Assembly (NCBI RefSeq): GCF_001194135.2 | Contig: NC_068993.1 | Coordinates: forward strand, 543,375 to 597,184 | Reading direction: 5' to 3' | DNA length: 53,810 bases | Source: Octopus bimaculoides | Lineage: Eukaryota | Part shown: positions 50,095 to 53,810 of the stretch, piece by piece | Position numbering within the stretch: the stretch's first letter is position 1 | Layout: the number at the start of each line of letters is the position of its first letter | Made by a program: the position numbers and the translations under genes | Notes under the pieces: generated by a model | Seen by the model: the letters and a program-made list of their open reading frames with translations, nothing else | What the model was told of the DNA's origin: nothing | Database searches by the model: none

Positions 50095-50110
<16 letters not shown>
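49938..50110 (+). mobile_element. tRNA-derived SINE ending in (TA)n/(TG)n
   Basis: tggctgtgtggtaag (A box) and ggttcagttc (B box), followed by a non-tRNA body. Confidence 0.65.
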
Positions 50111-50151
<41 letters not shown>

Positions 50152-50269
50152 AGTCACGATCAGCAAAATGTGAAAATGGTAGACTCTATAAATATTTTAC
50201 CTTATAAAATATATAAAAGATATATGAATTGTGTGAATTTTTCTTCATTTGGTATATTTTTTAACTATG

Positions 50270-50270
50270 T

Positions 50271-50302
<32 letters not shown>

Positions 50303-50530
50303 TCAATGTCCGCTTTCCATGCTGTCATGAGTTGGACAGTTTGACTGGAATCGGTAAGCCAAAGAGCTGCACCAGGATCCAGTTTGACTTTGGCTTGGTT
50401 TCTACGGCTAGATGTCCTTCCTGTTGTGCCAACCACTCTGAGAGTGTAGTGGGTGCCTTTTATGCATCACCAGAATGGGTGCTGTTACATGGCGCCAGCA
50501 CCAGCCATGACTAGGATTTCATTTGACTTG
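50270..50530 (-). mobile_element. (GAT)n-tailed retroposon
   Basis: (CAT)n, aatgtccgctttccatgc and gccaaccactctgagagtg family motifs. Confidence 0.7.
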
Positions 50531-51202
50531 AGGAGTTTCTCAAGCACAGCAAATCGCTAAAGGTCATGATTACTTGTCGTCACCTCCATGAGGCCCCACA
50601 TTCATAAATCATGCTCCACCACTTTGTCCCATGTCTTCCTGGTATATATATATATATATCATCATTATCCTCATTGTTTAATGTTTATTTTCCATGCACA
50701 CGTGCATCAGAGGGAAGTTGTGTTGAAGTGGATTTTCTACAGCTGGATGCCCTTCCTGTCACCAACCCTTACCAGTTTCCAAGTCAGGTCATCTTCACCT
50801 CTGGACCAGGCATGTTTTCACAGAATATTGAAAAAGAAGGACACAACTTGCATGCTGGTGACACTCGTTTACAGCTATCATCTGATCTGAAGCCACAGAA
50901 GCAGTGACACCCCCTCCACCCACACACACGCACACAAACACACAGACACATGCACACACACAAAGACAAACACATACACACATAAACACACACACATACA
51001 CACACATACACACAGATAGACACACACACACAAACACACACGCACAAACACACCTATATATACATATATATATTTATATGACAGTCATACAGCCACACAT
51101 GTACCTGAATATAAATTACATACTGATATATATATATATATATATATANNNNNNNNNNATATGTGTATATATGTGTGTGTGTGTAATACATATACACACA
51201 TA

Positions 51203-51237
<35 letters not shown>

Positions 51238-52362
51238 TTATTTATATGTGTGTGTGTATGTATATAGATAAATACATGTTTTTCTATGTATCTACTTATA
51301 TATGAGTGAATGGGCAAATAAAAAAAGAGGCACTCAACACATTTAATCAGGAGTTGCATACATTATTAATTATTGAAACTGTTTTTTTTTTAACGATATA
51401 TAAATGACATCATATGATAACAATACTGATTAATTATACAATTTTGAAGATTACATTTACTTTAAATCACTCTCACAAAATCAAAATAATTTTTTGAGGG
51501 ACTCTGAAATAATTTATCAGAAAATTTCCTGCAAAAATAAAACTGATTCCTAATATCTATAATTCCTACTTCCTCTGTTTTACCCAAAATATAATTAGCA
51601 AACTTTTTAATCACTAAAAACAAAAGTTGTTTACAAACCTTTCATTTTTAATGCCATAATTCAGTATAAAACCACTTATGGTAAAATCCAGAAAATGAAT
51701 TTAGAAACTTTATCAAAAATCATAATTCCTTCAGATATTTTCCCTGATAGAACAATAAACCTGGATTTTAAAATGAAATTTAATTCCAACATGTTTCAAA
51801 TGATATTCATCCCTCAATATTGGTTTGTCTCTAAAATATAGAAACATGGTCCTCAGCCTTATCAAAGCGCTCGCTCTAAAAATGTCGCATTCTTGCAGTG
51901 AAATTTTCAAAGTCATTCAACATAATGGATGGAAAGTTGTAAAACTTGGTTCAGGCAGTGGTTATATCACATAACATCATCATCATCGTCGTCATTAATT
52001 TATTATGAATTTATGCAGTTTAACAGTAGTTGAAAGGTGTTTATAAAATACCAACATTTAAAAGGTATACAATCATAAATGTGTGTGTGTGTGTGAGTAT
52101 ATATGTATATACATACACACGTGTATATATATATAAATATATATATACATATATATATAAATATATATATACACGCGTCTGGTGTTTGTTATCTATTTTG
52201 CTTCAAATATATTTTGAATAAGTATCAGCTTTGAAGAGAATACCATAAGCTGTAAAGAATTGAAGGAAAGCAGTCAGCTGTGTGTTGTCCCTCTGCAAGA
52301 ATCTACCCAGCGCCAAACCTGATTCTACCTCAGCCAAAAAGATGCATGCGTCATGGGAGTAT

Positions 52363-52404
<42 letters not shown>

Positions 52405-53284
52405 CTACACACACACGTACACACACCAGTAGGTAAGAGGGGAAGAATCGGTATCATCAGCTGCCGGAACAGACAGACATTCTCTGCCATTCTCACAAAT
52501 ATTTTTATCAAATTTTTCAAACTAATTACAAACAAATACAAATTGTTTTCTCTGGAAATGCAACTTTAGAAATCTTTTTTTATAAATTCAACATAAAAAA
52601 AAAATTCTTTTTATCTCATTCTTCATCTTCTGGCTTTTTTTCTTTATTATTTTTTCTCACTTCTTTTCCTCCTCTCTCACTTTCTCTCCCTCTCAGACAC
52701 ACATGCATACACAAACAAATGCACACACATTCATAAAATAATAATTGTTATTGGCCAGAAGTTGGCTGATTATTTCAAATGGTTCTTCATTTTATTAACC
52801 CTGGAGAGATGCAAAGGGAAGTTGACTTCAGCAGGATTTGAACTCCCAGTGTAATGCACTGGAATAATTACTGCAAGACTCTAACCATGTCTGCAAGTTC
52901 TTCTCTAAAACTTCTACAGATTCTGCATTCAGAACAAACTTACCAATATACAAGCATTGTCAAAGGTCATGGCTTGGAAGGCTGCAATAAACAAGAGCCT
53001 GACAGCTCCCTATTTGTACATTAAATCTTTTATTGAATTCCTTGCTGTCCCTCAACCTGCAGACTTCACCTTTGCCCATGAGCCCCACCTCCTTTGCCTT
53101 CACAACAGTCCGTAATGATACTGCAGCTGACACTTTCCTCAATCATATAACCGCTTATTAAAGTAAACAGGCTGCACACTGGCCTCGACAGTTTATGTGT
53201 CTCACTGACCCCCCCCCCCCCAATGGACTTGCTGCTTTCTCCAACTCCACATACTTAATTGCTTGGGCTTCCATACTGGCCTCT

Positions 53285-53410
53285 CTCTAGAAACTCTGCC
53301 AAATCAGATTGGAGCCTGGTGTAGCCTTCTGGTTTCACCAGTCCTCAATCAAATCGTCCAACCCATGCTAGCATGGAAAGCGGACGTTAAACGATGACGA
53401 TGATAGTGAT
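53285..53410 (+). mobile_element. (GAT)n-tailed retroposon 3' end
   Basis: Nearly identical to 30340-30460. Confidence 0.8.
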
Positions 53411-53544
53411 GATATATAAAAAAATATTGAACGTTCTTTAAAGTATACTTCTGTGCCTTTTTCAACTTTATTTACTTTTTTAATTATAATTTTTGATTTG
53501 TATGAACTCTTAATCTCTTTTCAACTATATATATAAAAATGAGA

Positions 53545-53549
53545 ATGTG

Positions 53550-53580
<31 letters not shown>

Positions 53581-53810
53581 GTGAATCCCTAAAACTCGAG
53601 AACTACGCAACCAATTTCATTCAAATTTTACACATGCCTTACTTAGGGTTCCAGTTGTGTTTTAGTCAAAAAATTTTTTAACTTCTTGCAGAGTTCGAGC
53701 CCACGGCAACATAATATCTCCTCCACTATTTAAGTATTACGTGTCAAAAGTGAAACAAAAACACTGAAGTCAAATACTTTCACTTTAAAAATGAAACTAT
53801 TCCACTAACT
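53545..53810 (+). mobile_element. Probable non-autonomous Helentron (DINE-1/HINE-like) element, truncated by the window end
   Basis: (CTGT)n tract followed by ctcgagaactacgcaaccaatttcattcaaatttt, the usual HINE layout. Confidence 0.45.

Noticed and set aside
52203-52569. ORFs on both strands near a unique-looking segment
   Set aside because: They span a (CA)n tract and have no recognisable domain. The segment could be UTR, but I cannot support that.
1913-53142. Many ORFs rich in YI, CV, HT, SL, ER, or poly-I/L/N/M
   Set aside because: They are translations of (TA)n, (CA)n, (GA)n, (AAT)n and (GAT)n microsatellites, or run through N-gaps.

Overview
AT-rich, microsatellite-dense animal genomic DNA with 8 N-gaps. 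The repeat families suggest an octopod cephalopod (inference only). One gene dominates: a canonical TRP channel (TRPC, trp-gamma-like) on the minus strand. I reconstructed it by hand from GT-AG boundaries and exon phases: 35497-35177, 34785-34270, 33026-32792, 29910-29776, 28556-28417, 27572-27223, [one pore exon], 9204-9010, 7811-7770, then 7158-6880(stop) or 7158-6972 + 1157-913(stop). These give about 802 or 853 aa. The main discovery is that the exon for the pore helix, selectivity filter and S6 gate exists as three tandem paralogous copies: 21811-21616, 20306-20112 and 20051-19856. Two are intact 196-nt exons differing at 11 of 65 residues, including charge swaps at the outer pore mouth. 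The middle copy has intact splice sites but a 1-nt deletion and a TAC>TAG stop. The reading frame allows exactly one copy per mRNA, so this looks like a mutually exclusive 'pore-swap' cassette with a recently dead or poison third option. Other points are an in-frame uORF, candidate alternative C-termini, a 42-nt microexon, an intronic hairpin with A:C mismatches and a degenerate hammerhead-like motif. The introns also carry LINE, SINE, mariner and Helentron-like relics.
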